Source of the DNA: Candidatus Dormiibacterota bacterium | Lineage (GTDB): Bacteria > Chloroflexota > Dormibacteria > Aeolococcales > Aeolococcaceae | Assembly (NCBI GenBank): GCA_963718525.1 | Contig: OY970355.1 | Coordinates: forward strand, 2,688,001 to 2,752,000 | Direction of reading: 5' to 3' | Length of the DNA stretch: 64,000 nucleotides | Part shown: piece after piece, positions 19,910-29,817 of the stretch | Position numbering within the stretch: position 1 is the first letter of the stretch | How the letters are laid out: every line of letters begins with the position of its first letter | Translations under genes and position numbers: made by a program | Notes under the pieces: model-generated | Seen by the model: the letters and a program-made list of their open reading frames with translations, nothing else | Told to the model about the DNA's origin: nothing | Database searches by the model: none

Positions 19910-20744
19910 TCCCTCTGGCGACGGCGGCTCCGAGCGTCGCCTGGGGCCGGCCGTTCGAGCCCCCGGTGGTCATGTACTCGATGACGCTCTGGCGGTCGAA
20001 GCCGGCCGCCGGCCCCTCGGCCACCATCCTGCCGAGGTGGAGCACGGCGATCCGGTCGGCGACCTCGAAGACGTCGTTGAGGTTGTGGGAGATCACCATC
20101 ACGGCCAGGCCATGGTCGCGGAGGCGGCGCACCAGGTCGAGGACCATCCGGGTCTGGACCACGCCCAGGGCCGCGGTGGGCTCGTCGAGGAGGACGACCT
20201 TGGAGTTCCACATCACCGCCTTGGCGACCGCCACCGACTGGCGCTGGCCGCCGGAGAGCGAGGCCACCGGCTGGCGGATGGACCGCACCGTGGTCACCCG
20301 CAGGCTGCTCAGCGTCTCCGCCGCCGCCCGCTCCATGGAATCCTCGTCGAGCAGGCCGCGGCGCACCCGCTCGCGCCCCAGGAACATGTTCTGGACGATG
20401 TCCAGGTTGTCGGCGAGGGCCAGGTCCTGGTACACGGTCTCGATCCCCAGACCGGCGGCGTCCCGGGTGGTGCGGATGTGCACCGGCCGGCCCTCGAAGA
20501 AGATCTGCCCATGGTCGATCTGGTGGACCCCGGCGATGCATCGGGTGAGCACCGACTTGCCCGCCCCGTTGTCGCCGCAGAGCCCGGTCACCTGCCCGGC
20601 GGGGAGATCGAGGTTGACCTGGTAGAGCGCCTGCACCGGCCCGAAGTGCTTGTCGACCCCGCGCAGCTTCAAGATCGGCTCGGCCACCGCCCCCCCGACG
20701 CTCGCCACCACCGTGGCATCCTGATTCATCTCTGTCGCCTCAGA
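19668..20744. repeat. 1077-bp direct repeat, copy 1 (matches 21884-22960)
   Basis: Constant offset of 2216 at both ends and identical translations; no differences seen by eye. Confidence 0.92.
19902..20729 (-). CDS. Sugar ABC transporter ATP-binding protein, duplicated copy
   Basis: GDNGAGKS, LSGGQRQ, LLDEPT; same translation as 22118-22945. Confidence 0.9.
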   Translation of the reverse strand: MNQDATVVASVGGAVAEPILKLRGVDKHFGPVQALYQVNLDLPAGQVTGLCGDNGAGKSVLTRCIAGVHQIDHGQIFFEGRPVHIRTTRDAAGLGIETVYQDLALADNLDIVQNMFLGRERVRRGLLDEDSMERAAAETLSSLRVTTVRSIRQPVASLSGGQRQSVAVAKAVMWNSKVVLLDEPTAALGVVQTRMVLDLVRRLRDHGLAVMVISHNLNDVFEVADRIAVLHLGRMVAEGPAAGFDRQSVIEYMTTGGSNGRPQATLGAAVARGSV

Positions 20745-20748
20745 CCCT

Positions 20749-22125
20749 TCAGACACGGGCCACGCTCCCGGTCCTGGCTCCTCGACGGGAGAGGACATCG
20801 ACCATCACCGCGATGAGCAGCACGGCGCCGGGAAGGATGTATTCCAAGGGCGTGGACAGCGCGCCCAGAGGCAGCAGCGACACGCCGTAGGCGATGCCAC
20901 CTATCAGCAGCCCACCCAGGAGTCCGTGGATTGGCTTGCCGCGGCCCCCGAACAGGCTGGTCCCACCGATGACGGCTGCCGCCACCGAGTAGAGGATGAG
21001 CTGACCGGGATCGGCCTCATTGGTGCTGTACTGCCCGAAGAAGAATGAGCCCAGGAGGATCCCGCCGAACCCGGCGGTCGCCGAGCAGAGCGCGAAGGCG
21101 GCGGTCCGGATCAGCGGGAGGTTGACGCCGGCGCGACGGGCGGCCTCCGGGTTGCCGCCGATCGCGTAGACGTAGCGTCCGTACCGGGTGCGCTGGAGGA
21201 GCAGCGTCCAGATGCCGACGATGGCAAGGACGATCGGAATCACCTCCGGGACGCCCGAGGGCAGGTTGAGCCCGCAGATGGCGACAACCGCCGCTCCCAT
21301 GGCCGCCATGAAGAGGATGCGGATCGCGATGAGCACGGCGGGTGGCGCCACCAGGCCGCTCTTCCGCCGCGATGCGGCGCGCAACCAGATCGCCGAGCCT
21401 GCGATCACCACCAGTACCGCCAGAGCGATCCAGCCGGCCAGGGGATCGATCACCCCCTGCACCAGGTTGAAGATCACGTTCTGATTCGGCACCTGCCCAT
21501 TGACCGTGAGGGTGCCATCTGCACCACCCAGGATCAGGATGATGACGCCCTGGAAGAACAGGAACCCCCCGAGCGTGACAATGAAGGAAGGGATTCTGAC
21601 GCGGGACACGAGGGTCCCCTGGATCGTGCCGATGACCGCACAGCACACCAGCGTGGTCAGGATCGCCGCCCACCATGGCCAGTTGGGTCCCGGATTCTGC
21701 TGCACCAGCTTGAACGTGATGGTGCCGCCGAGCAGCGCCACCGAGCCGATCGAGAGGTCGATCTCGCCGAGGAGCAGCACCACGATCTCGGCCGTGGCGA
21801 GCACGACATAGACCGTGCTCAACCCGAAGATGTAGACGAGGTTGCTGGGCCGGAGGTACGAATTCTCCGGGGTGATGATCTCGAAGGCGACGGCGACGAC
21901 GATGATGCCGAGGAGGACGGGAAGGACGCCGCTGTCGCCGCTGCGGACGCGCTGCCACCAGGCGCGCAGATATTGCCCGAGGGACTGGGCGAGGATCTCC
22001 GGGGGCACCTCGGCGACGGCCGCACCCGAGGCCGCCGCGGTGAGGTCGACGATCGGCTCGGCGGGGGCCGGCTCGGCGGCGGCGATCGGCGGGTCGTTCT
22101 CTCTCCCAGCCATGGCTTCAGACAC
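20749..22125 (-). CDS. Sugar ABC transporter permease (XylH-like), copy B
   Basis: Same permease motifs; first ~80 aa identical to copy A, remainder diverged. Confidence 0.9.
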   Translation of the reverse strand: MSEAMAGRENDPPIAAAEPAPAEPIVDLTAAASGAAVAEVPPEILAQSLGQYLRAWWQRVRSGDSGVLPVLLGIIVVAVAFEIITPENSYLRPSNLVYIFGLSTVYVVLATAEIVVLLLGEIDLSIGSVALLGGTITFKLVQQNPGPNWPWWAAILTTLVCCAVIGTIQGTLVSRVRIPSFIVTLGGFLFFQGVIILILGGADGTLTVNGQVPNQNVIFNLVQGVIDPLAGWIALAVLVVIAGSAIWLRAASRRKSGLVAPPAVLIAIRILFMAAMGAAVVAICGLNLPSGVPEVIPIVLAIVGIWTLLLQRTRYGRYVYAIGGNPEAARRAGVNLPLIRTAAFALCSATAGFGGILLGSFFFGQYSTNEADPGQLILYSVAAAVIGGTSLFGGRGKPIHGLLGGLLIGGIAYGVSLLPLGALSTPLEYILPGAVLLIAVMVDVLSRRGARTGSVARV

Positions 22126-22960
22126 TCCCTCTGGCGACGGCGGCTCCGAGCGTCGCCTGGGGCCGGCCGTTCGAGCCCCCGGTGGTCATGTACTCGATGA
22201 CGCTCTGGCGGTCGAAGCCGGCCGCCGGCCCCTCGGCCACCATCCTGCCGAGGTGGAGCACGGCGATCCGGTCGGCGACCTCGAAGACGTCGTTGAGGTT
22301 GTGGGAGATCACCATCACGGCCAGGCCATGGTCGCGGAGGCGGCGCACCAGGTCGAGGACCATCCGGGTCTGGACCACGCCCAGGGCCGCGGTGGGCTCG
22401 TCGAGGAGGACGACCTTGGAGTTCCACATCACCGCCTTGGCGACCGCCACCGACTGGCGCTGGCCGCCGGAGAGCGAGGCCACCGGCTGGCGGATGGACC
22501 GCACCGTGGTCACCCGCAGGCTGCTCAGCGTCTCCGCCGCCGCCCGCTCCATGGAATCCTCGTCGAGCAGGCCGCGGCGCACCCGCTCGCGCCCCAGGAA
22601 CATGTTCTGGACGATGTCCAGGTTGTCGGCGAGGGCCAGGTCCTGGTACACGGTCTCGATCCCCAGACCGGCGGCGTCCCGGGTGGTGCGGATGTGCACC
22701 GGCCGGCCCTCGAAGAAGATCTGCCCATGGTCGATCTGGTGGACCCCGGCGATGCATCGGGTGAGCACCGACTTGCCCGCCCCGTTGTCGCCGCAGAGCC
22801 CGGTCACCTGCCCGGCGGGGAGATCGAGGTTGACCTGGTAGAGCGCCTGCACCGGCCCGAAGTGCTTGTCGACCCCGCGCAGCTTCAAGATCGGCTCGGC
22901 CACCGCCCCCCCGACGCTCGCCACCACCGTGGCATCCTGATTCATCTCTGTCGCCTCAGA
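21884..22960. repeat. 1077-bp direct repeat, copy 2
   Basis: Matches 19668-20744. Confidence 0.92.
22118..22945 (-). CDS. Sugar ABC transporter ATP-binding protein
   Basis: Walker A GDNGAGKS, signature LSGGQ, Walker B LLDEP. Confidence 0.92.
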   Translation of the reverse strand: MNQDATVVASVGGAVAEPILKLRGVDKHFGPVQALYQVNLDLPAGQVTGLCGDNGAGKSVLTRCIAGVHQIDHGQIFFEGRPVHIRTTRDAAGLGIETVYQDLALADNLDIVQNMFLGRERVRRGLLDEDSMERAAAETLSSLRVTTVRSIRQPVASLSGGQRQSVAVAKAVMWNSKVVLLDEPTAALGVVQTRMVLDLVRRLRDHGLAVMVISHNLNDVFEVADRIAVLHLGRMVAEGPAAGFDRQSVIEYMTTGGSNGRPQATLGAAVARGSV

Positions 22961-22992
22961 TCAAAGAGTCGTCGATGGCTCACATGCGGGCA

Positions 22993-23058
22993 AGCCGGGC
23001 CGCCCCGGAGGGCGACCCGGCTGCTCCACCGAGGGGCGTCCGTACGAGACGCTCCCTC
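22993..23058 (-). terminator. Twin stem-loops downstream of the binding-protein gene (stabiliser/attenuator)
   Basis: AGCCGGGTCGCCC-TCCG-GGGCGGCCCGGCT (13-bp stem with one G-U pair on the minus strand) plus a second hairpin at 23031-23058; no U-tract. Confidence 0.55.
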
Positions 23059-23064
23059 AGACGA

Positions 23065-24357
23065 TTACGAGATTCCGGCCGAGGTGCAGAGCGATGCACC
23101 AGCGATGGCGCAGATGGCCGACGCAGGATCGAATCCATCCTTGACCACCGTGGATTCCATGTTGGCCGCGTTGACCCACGTCGCGGTCAGGAGCGACGCA
23201 GGCTCCGTGACGCTGGAGTTGGTCGGATCCGTGGTGGTGCCGTTCAGCAGCGCTGTTGGCACGGTGTTACCGGAGAGGAGGATGTCAGCCATGGCGACCG
23301 CATCCTGGGCCTCCTTGTAGACCGGCTTGTACACGGAGCCGCACTGGTAGCCCTCGAGGACCCACGCCATGCCCTGGGCGGTTGCGTCCTGCCCAGTGGT
23401 CGGGATCTTCTTGGCAGGCGTGCCGCCGGCCTTGAGGTCGGTGATCACCGCGTTGGCGAGGCCGTCATTGGCCTCGATCGTCGCGTTGATGTTCGAGTGG
23501 GCGGTGAACTCCTGCGAGAAGATCGTCCCGCCTTGGGTGTTCGACCACCCCGGCGCGAAGTTCTCCCCCACCAGCTTCATCCCCTGACTGTTCGTCGCCC
23601 CGGCGGCGACCGTCTTGGCAGCCTGGCTCCAGACGATCTTGTTGTACCCGGTCGCGAACGAGATGGCGTTCGGGTCAGTGTCCTCACCACCGTTGAGCAC
23701 GAAGACCTGCGGGTTCGAAACGCCCCACGAGCTGACGCAGGTCAGGAAGCCGTTGCCGATGAGCTCACCGACAGCCTCGTTGTTGAAGCTGACGTAGTAC
23801 GTCTTGGAGCCCTGGAACGTGGCCCGGTCGTAGCTGATCATGGTGACGCCCTTGGACGCGGCCAGCTGTGCGATGGCCTTGCCGGTCGGCCCGTCGAGCG
23901 GGCACATGATCAGGACCTTGGCGCCCAGGTTGATATCAGCGGTCGCATCGTCCAGCTCGGTTGAGTCACTGCCCTGAGCGTTGTCGATGCGGAACTGATT
24001 CTGGTTGAAGCCTGCGTCCGCCAGCGCGGAGGTCAGGTACGGCTGATCGAAGTCCACCCAGCGGGTTGACGACGTTGTGTCGGGGAGGATGACCCCGATC
24101 AGCAGCGTGTTGGCGCCGTGCGTCGCATATTGCGTCAGCGGCTTGAGCAGGGACATGGTCGAGTTGATGTCCGGCGTGAAGGCGGTCACGCTGATGCCCG
24201 ATGGGACACCAGGGTTCGAGGCAGCTGGACTCGACGACCCCGTCGTGGTGCTGCCGCAGGCCGCGGCAATGAGCGCGCCCGCACCGACCAGGGTGAGCTT
24301 GCTCATTTTCGAGAGACGCTGGGACCCCCGGCCCCTGATTCCATCTTGCAAATGCAT
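23065..24357 (-). CDS. Sugar ABC transporter substrate-binding lipoprotein (XylF-like)
   Basis: Lipobox AAAC, ILPDTTSSTRW..FD, ISYDR, ANDGLA, TGQDA, VYKP. Confidence 0.9.
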   Translation of the reverse strand: MHLQDGIRGRGSQRLSKMSKLTLVGAGALIAAACGSTTTGSSSPAASNPGVPSGISVTAFTPDINSTMSLLKPLTQYATHGANTLLIGVILPDTTSSTRWVDFDQPYLTSALADAGFNQNQFRIDNAQGSDSTELDDATADINLGAKVLIMCPLDGPTGKAIAQLAASKGVTMISYDRATFQGSKTYYVSFNNEAVGELIGNGFLTCVSSWGVSNPQVFVLNGGEDTDPNAISFATGYNKIVWSQAAKTVAAGATNSQGMKLVGENFAPGWSNTQGGTIFSQEFTAHSNINATIEANDGLANAVITDLKAGGTPAKKIPTTGQDATAQGMAWVLEGYQCGSVYKPVYKEAQDAVAMADILLSGNTVPTALLNGTTTDPTNSSVTEPASLLTATWVNAANMESTVVKDGFDPASAICAIAGASLCTSAGIS

Positions 24358-24477
24358 CAGACCTTTGCCCTCCAGCAACCGGACCCACCGTCTGCGACGC
24401 ACTCGCCTCCGGCAGCGAACCGCGTCGCTACCAAACCTCTGTGAGGCAGCGTCCGGATGGTTGGATAAGCGACAAGG

Positions 24478-24500
24478 GTTTGTCAACTCCTCGAACGAAA
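24478..24500 (-). promoter_or_regulatory. -35 box TTGACA overlapped by a putative ROK operator
   Basis: Quasi-palindrome TTTGT-N11-ACGAA covering the minus-strand TTGACA (24481-24486) upstream of the xylF-like gene. Confidence 0.45.
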
Positions 24501-24584
24501 AATCACCCTATCGGGGGATTTTTCGTGCTCGCCGCCCACTGACAGCGCTTCGAACCGCGCTACGGCGCCATCTCGCACGCGCCC

Positions 24585-25355
24585 CTACTCCTGGTTGGTC
24601 GGGCGGATGAGCACCTCGTTGACCCCGACGTGGCGAGGCCGCGAGACGATGTAGCTGATCGCATCAGCGATGTCCTCGGCCGCGAGCCGCTCGATTCGCG
24701 CGAAGCGCTGCTGCATCTCCGCCAGGATCACCGGCCGGTTGTGCGACCCGAGCTCGGTGGCCACGACGCCGGGTTCCACGACCGAGACTCGAACGTGGCG
24801 GGTCGTGATCTCCTTGCGCAACGCTTCGCTGAAGGCGCCGACGCCGTGTTTGGTGAGGTTGTAGACCGCGCTCCCATTTCGGGTCTCGCGCCCGGCGACG
24901 GAGCTGATATTCACGAGGTCGGCCACCCCGCGTGGGCCGTCCTCGGCGGCGCGGAGCAGGTGCGGCAGCGCCGCGTGGGTGCAGTAGAGCAGTCCAAGCA
25001 GGTTGATCCGCACCATCCGGTCCCACTCCTCGACCGGGGCTTCGAGCACCGGCCCGAGCAGCATCACGCCCGCGTTGTTCACCAGCGTGTCGAGACGGCC
25101 CAGCTCGTTCGCGGTCTGCTCCACCGCGCTGCCGGCCTGCGCCTGATCGGTGATATCGGCGGTGATCGCCACGGCGGTTGCCCCGTCCGCTCTGAGGCGA
25201 TCCGCGAGCGCATTCAGCCGGTCTGTACGACGCGCAACCAACGCGACGGCGGCGCCCAACCCCGCGAGCGAAACGGCAGTCGCCTCACCGATGCCGCTTG
25301 AAGCGCCGGTGACGAGCGCGACCGTGCCCTCGAGAGGTCGAGCCGGTGTCGCCAT
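24585..25355 (-). CDS. SDR oxidoreductase
   Basis: TGASSGIG, NNAG, YNLTKHG. Confidence 0.9.
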   Translation of the reverse strand: MATPARPLEGTVALVTGASSGIGEATAVSLAGLGAAVALVARRTDRLNALADRLRADGATAVAITADITDQAQAGSAVEQTANELGRLDTLVNNAGVMLLGPVLEAPVEEWDRMVRINLLGLLYCTHAALPHLLRAAEDGPRGVADLVNISSVAGRETRNGSAVYNLTKHGVGAFSEALRKEITTRHVRVSVVEPGVVATELGSHNRPVILAEMQQRFARIERLAAEDIADAISYIVSRPRHVGVNEVLIRPTNQE

Positions 25356-25424
25356 CAGCTCAGTAGATTGCCACAGCCGTCCCCATGCCACCGGCGTAGG
25401 ATCCGCCCGTGTCAGAGTACGGAC

Positions 25425-25859
25425 ATGGATAGCGACGGCTACGGCTACTCACCGGACGACCGGGGCATTGCACGCCTCATCGAGGATCTGCGCACCGTTT
25501 CACCGCTGGCGATCGAACGCATGGCGCAAGGTTGGGAGCAGCACGCGCTTCCCCACCTCGACAGGCATCACGCGGCGGAGAAGGCAGCCCTCGACGCGAT
25601 CGAACGCGCTCACCTCACCACGGAATGGGAGGAATGGCAGCGCACGATTCTCGATCTGACCGAAGGACGCACATCGCTGGTGTCCTGGAAGGTCGAGCAC
25701 GGCCGGACCGGCCACCACGCCGAGGCCGCCACGCTGAGTGCCGGGCTCGCGCTGCTCGCCGCGGACCACCTCGACCGTGCTCAGGCCGAGCTGCTCGTGC
25801 GACCAGCCGCAGAGGCGCTGCCGTGGCTGCTCACCGTGCCGCGCGGAGCGCCGAGCTAA
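25425..25859 (+). CDS. Hypothetical protein
   Basis: CAGAGT-6 nt-ATG leaderless-type start; fills the gap between flanking genes. Confidence 0.65.
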   Translation: MDSDGYGYSPDDRGIARLIEDLRTVSPLAIERMAQGWEQHALPHLDRHHAAEKAALDAIERAHLTTEWEEWQRTILDLTEGRTSLVSWKVEHGRTGHHAEAATLSAGLALLAADHLDRAQAELLVRPAAEALPWLLTVPRGAPS

Positions 25860-25881
25860 GAGCGTCGAGCTCGCGCCGGGG

Positions 25882-28227
25882 TTACTCGCTGACCAGCTCG
25901 TAGTCCGGGTTGAGCACCGCAAGCCGGCGTTTCCAGGAGCCGACCATCCCCTCAACGATGAGGCGCGCGCCCGGCTCGATGCCGGGAATCTTCGGGCGCC
26001 CCTGGAACACCAGCAGCAGGATGCCGGTGTCGTCGGTGATCTCGCACTCGAGATTCGCTGTCCCCTTGGCCGTCTGCACTCGCAGTGATCGGATCCGACC
26101 GGCGACGCGTACGCGCGTGCGCCACGTGACCTCGCTGATCGGGATCGTTCCGGTCGCGCGACGAGCAAGCTCTCTATCGACGCCGGCCTCGCGCATCGGC
26201 TTGCGACGCACGACGTCTGGGCGAACCGTGTGGGACCGGAATCTCCGTCGCTGGGCGGCCTCGAGGTTGAAGGGAACGATCGTCGCAGCGACATGCGCGA
26301 CACCCCCGACCGCGTCGGCGATCCGATCCGCCGTGCGGTCGTGCAGCACCCGCGCGAGTCGTGAGTGAAACGCTCGGCGCGGCAGCAGCACCGTGCACTC
26401 GGTGGTGCCATCGGCGACGATATCGGCCACATACTCGAGTGCTGCGCGTTCCAGGCGGCGATCACGGCATTCCAGGATGTCGAGTGGCAGGTGCGCCAGA
26501 CCCAGCCTGCTCCATTCCTCCTTGAGCTGCTCGGTGGCCGCCGCGTCGATGTCGAAATGCACTGCGTGCAGCTCATCCGGCCGCAACGTCCTCGCGTATT
26601 GCAGCGCGCGCGCCGTCGCCATGTCGAGCTGTCCCACGAACACCAGGACGACGTGACGCTGCAGCACCGGCGCCTCCGCCGCTTCAACGGCACCGGTCTC
26701 GAGCTGTTTCTCCTCGGCGACGTACTGCCGGTGGAGCCGGATCAGCCCGTAGTACATCGGCGGGCCGACGACAGCGACGATCCACGCTCCTTCGAAGAAC
26801 TTGGTCACCAGCAGGATGCCGACCACCGCGACCGAGAGCGTCCCCGCAAAGCCGTTGACCATCGCCCCGAGCTGCCATCGTCTGCCGCGCAACGTGAGGT
26901 GATGTTTGAGCATTCCGAACCCGGCGAACGAGAAGCCGGTGAAGACGCCGATCGCGTAGAGACCGACCAGCGAGTTGAGGTTCGCCTTGAAGACGATGAT
27001 GAGCAGGATCGCGACGGCGGCAAGCACAAAGATCCCGTTCGAGAAGGCGAGCCGGTGACCCCGCTTGGTCAGTTGTCGCGGGAGGAATGAATCACCGGCG
27101 ACAAAGCTCGCAAGGTACGGGAAGCCGTTGAAGCTGGTGTTGCCGCCGGTGAAGAGGATCATCACCGTCGCTGCCTGCACCAGGTAGAAGAGACCGGTTC
27201 CGACCCAACTGTTGCCCAGGACGTAGCTCACCTCCTGGGAGACGACGGTCGGGCTCCCCGTCGCGTACGGCACCGCGTGGGTCCAGTGCGCCAGCAACGA
27301 TGTTCCCAGGACGAGGAATCCCAGGATGCCGCACATGATCAGCAGCGCGATGCGGCCGTTTCGCGCCTCGGGCTTGCGGAAGCTCGAGATGCCGTTCGAC
27401 ACCGCCTCGAGCCCGGTCAGTGAGGACCCGCCGTTGGCGAATGCGCGCAGACAGTAGAAGATTCCCAGCCCCATGAGAAAACCGCGCTGATGACCGATCG
27501 GGTAACCGAGCGCCGCGGCGCTGGGGAGTGCGTGGGCATGGAGGCCGCCGAGCGCTGCCTTGACCAGCCCGGTGATCACGACGAGCGACAGCGACACGAC
27601 GTAGAAGTAGGTCGGGATCGCGAAGATGGAGCCGGCCTCGCGGATCCCACGCAGGTTGCCGAACAGCATGATCAGCGTGACCCCGACCGTGATCGCGATC
27701 GTGTAGGGCACCAGTGTTGGAAATGCGGATGTGAGCGCTGCCGTTCCCGCCGACGTCTGGACAGCGACGGTCACCGTGTAATCGATGAGCAATGCGACAG
27801 CCGCAACCTGCGCGATGTTCGGACCGAAATTGTCGCGTGCAACCACGTATGAGCCACCGCTCTTCGTGTAGACACCGATGACCTGGATGTACGAGATCAT
27901 CACGAAGACCATCACGGCGAGGATCGCCAGCGTGATCGGAATGACCATGTTGAATGCGGCGAGTCCGATGATCGGCACCATGACGACCAGCATCTCCTCG
28001 GTGCCGTACGCGGACGACGAGATCATGTCCGGGGCGAGCACCCCGATCGCCACCGGCGTCGAGAGCCGTTCCTGTGTGAGCTGCTCGGAGACCATGGGCG
28101 GACCGAGGATCCGGTTCTTCAACCGGTACGCCCAGGACTCAGGGTAGGTCCCCGCGCCCGACGCTCCCGGCGCTTCCGGTGCTAGCGGGCGTGAGGATGC
28201 AACCGGAACTGTCTGGGGCTCTTCCAC
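25882..28227 (-). CDS. KimA/YdaO-like APC transporter fused to a C-terminal RecG-wedge-like OB fold
   Basis: DMISSSAYGTEE, GGSY, LLIDY, LTGLEAVSNG, RLAFSNG; C-terminal RVRVAGRIRS...DDTG.LLLVFQGR..IPGIEPG...NPDYEL; CATACT-6 nt-GTG start. Confidence 0.85.
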   Translation of the reverse strand: MEEPQTVPVASSRPLAPEAPGASGAGTYPESWAYRLKNRILGPPMVSEQLTQERLSTPVAIGVLAPDMISSSAYGTEEMLVVMVPIIGLAAFNMVIPITLAILAVMVFVMISYIQVIGVYTKSGGSYVVARDNFGPNIAQVAAVALLIDYTVTVAVQTSAGTAALTSAFPTLVPYTIAITVGVTLIMLFGNLRGIREAGSIFAIPTYFYVVSLSLVVITGLVKAALGGLHAHALPSAAALGYPIGHQRGFLMGLGIFYCLRAFANGGSSLTGLEAVSNGISSFRKPEARNGRIALLIMCGILGFLVLGTSLLAHWTHAVPYATGSPTVVSQEVSYVLGNSWVGTGLFYLVQAATVMILFTGGNTSFNGFPYLASFVAGDSFLPRQLTKRGHRLAFSNGIFVLAAVAILLIIVFKANLNSLVGLYAIGVFTGFSFAGFGMLKHHLTLRGRRWQLGAMVNGFAGTLSVAVVGILLVTKFFEGAWIVAVVGPPMYYGLIRLHRQYVAEEKQLETGAVEAAEAPVLQRHVVLVFVGQLDMATARALQYARTLRPDELHAVHFDIDAAATEQLKEEWSRLGLAHLPLDILECRDRRLERAALEYVADIVADGTTECTVLLPRRAFHSRLARVLHDRTADRIADAVGGVAHVAATIVPFNLEAAQRRRFRSHTVRPDVVRRKPMREAGVDRELARRATGTIPISEVTWRTRVRVAGRIRSLRVQTAKGTANLECEITDDTGILLLVFQGRPKIPGIEPGARLIVEGMVGSWKRRLAVLNPDYELVSE

Positions 28228-28300
28228 GGCCGCAGTATGCCCCAAGCCGAACTCGGCAGCCACATCGCCCGAGGCCGGAGCGACCTGCTTGAATGGAGCG

Positions 28301-28987
28301 ATGCACATCGTCATCGTCGGCTGCGGAAGAGTCGGCTCCGGCCTGGCTCGCTCCCTGGAAGCCGAGGGTCACTCGGTCGCGATCATCGATCGAAACCGCA
28401 AGGCATTTCGGCGTTTGCCGTCGGATTTCAAGGGAATTGTGGTTGAAGGATCCGGCTTCGACCGCAATGTGCTGCACGACGCGAAGATCGAGGAAGCTGA
28501 TGCGGTCGCCGCAGTCACGTCCGGAGACAACTCCAACATTCTCAGCGCGCGAATTGCCCGCGAGACCTTCGGAGTCGACCGCGTGGTGGCGCGCATCTAC
28601 GACCCGCAGCGCGCGCAGGTGTATCAGCGCCTGGGCATTCCAACGGTCGCCACGGTCACCTGGACCGTCGACCAGGTGCGCAGCTGGCTCCTGCCCGAAG
28701 AGTTCACCCCGCACTGGCGAGACGCGACGGGCACCCTGCTGCTCATGGATCGGGTGCTCCCCGAGCATCTCGCCGGCCAGAAGCTCTCGTCCCTCGAAGC
28801 CGACGGCAAGGTCCGCCTCGTGGCGGTGACCCGGGCCGGCGTCCCTCGGCTGGATATCGGCGGCTTGGTCGGCCAGGACGGCGATCTGCTCCACCTCGTG
28901 GTCATGAAGGACGACCTGCCGGCGCTGGAGGCACTGCTCGCCATCCCCTCCCCCGTCTCCGTGGCCGTCGCCACCAAGGCGCGCTGA
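28301..28987 (+). CDS. trkA: TrkA family K+ uptake regulatory (RCK) protein, CeoB-like
   Basis: VIVGCGRVG, GDNSNI, ARIYDP..A.VY.RLGIPTV. Confidence 0.88.
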   Translation: MHIVIVGCGRVGSGLARSLEAEGHSVAIIDRNRKAFRRLPSDFKGIVVEGSGFDRNVLHDAKIEEADAVAAVTSGDNSNILSARIARETFGVDRVVARIYDPQRAQVYQRLGIPTVATVTWTVDQVRSWLLPEEFTPHWRDATGTLLLMDRVLPEHLAGQKLSSLEADGKVRLVAVTRAGVPRLDIGGLVGQDGDLLHLVVMKDDLPALEALLAIPSPVSVAVATKAR

Positions 28988-29682
28988 TGAAAGTCGCGGT
29001 CGCGGGCGGTGGCAGCGTCGGCATGGCCGTCGCCGCAGACCTGAAGGTGCACGGCCACGACGTGTTCATCCTGGAAGTAGACCCGGAGCAGGTCGCTCGC
29101 TTCCAGCCCCACGTCGACGTCCGGTGGTTGGTCGCCGACGCCTGTGAGGTGTCGTCGTTGAAGGCCGCGGGCATGGCCGAGGTCGACGTGATGGTGGCGG
29201 CCACCGGGGACGATGAGGACAACCTGGTCATCTCGCTGCTTTCCAAGCAGGAGTTCGCCGTGCCGCGCGTGATCGCGCGGGTGAACAACGCGAGCAACCA
29301 GTGGCTCTTCACTGAAAGCTGGGGGGTCGACGTCCCGGTCTCGACGCCGCAGCTGTACACGGCGCTTGTCGAGGAGGCGGTGTCGATCGGTTCGCTCGTG
29401 CATTTGATGAGCTTCGAAGGAGCATCCGCGCACCTGCTCGAGGTGACCCTCGCCGAGGACTCGCCGGCTTGCGGACAGCCCATCGCCGAGCTCGGACTGC
29501 CACGGGAGTCGGCGATCGTCGCCATCGTCCGCCGGGAGCACATGATCATCCCCGACCCGGAGACGGTCCTCTGCGCGGGGGACGAGGTCATCGTCCTCGC
29601 CATGGTCGAGAGCGAGCGTGCGATCCAGACCATCCTGGTCGGCGACGCGCCCCCAGGCGGCCCGCCTCCGACGCCGCAGTAG
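28987..29682 (+). CDS. trkA: TrkA family K+ uptake regulatory (RCK) protein, CeoC-like
   Basis: VAGGGSVG, ATGDDEDNLV, NQWLFTESWGVD; C-terminal RCK_C domain. Confidence 0.88.
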   Translation: MKVAVAGGGSVGMAVAADLKVHGHDVFILEVDPEQVARFQPHVDVRWLVADACEVSSLKAAGMAEVDVMVAATGDDEDNLVISLLSKQEFAVPRVIARVNNASNQWLFTESWGVDVPVSTPQLYTALVEEAVSIGSLVHLMSFEGASAHLLEVTLAEDSPACGQPIAELGLPRESAIVAIVRREHMIIPDPETVLCAGDEVIVLAMVESERAIQTILVGDAPPGGPPPTPQ

Positions 29683-29817
29683 CCCCACCGGCATCTGCAA
29701 CGCCGGACACGGTGACGCTTCGGTGGCGGACATCTCACGGATCGCCTGCTTCCGTGCGGCGCGCGCGCACCGCTCGTAGGGTCAGCGCAGAGGAGTCGGC
29801 GTCGAACGAGGCAAGGC

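Noticed and set aside
18296-23320. Long plus-strand ORFs opposite the ABC genes (and similar ones such as 34314-36089)
   Set aside because: Antisense shadow ORFs typical of high-GC coding DNA; no motifs or RBS
29723-29750. Loose resemblance to the 28-bp site (GGACATCTCACGGATCGCCTGC)
   Set aside because: Needs indels in both spacer and arm; solitary copy
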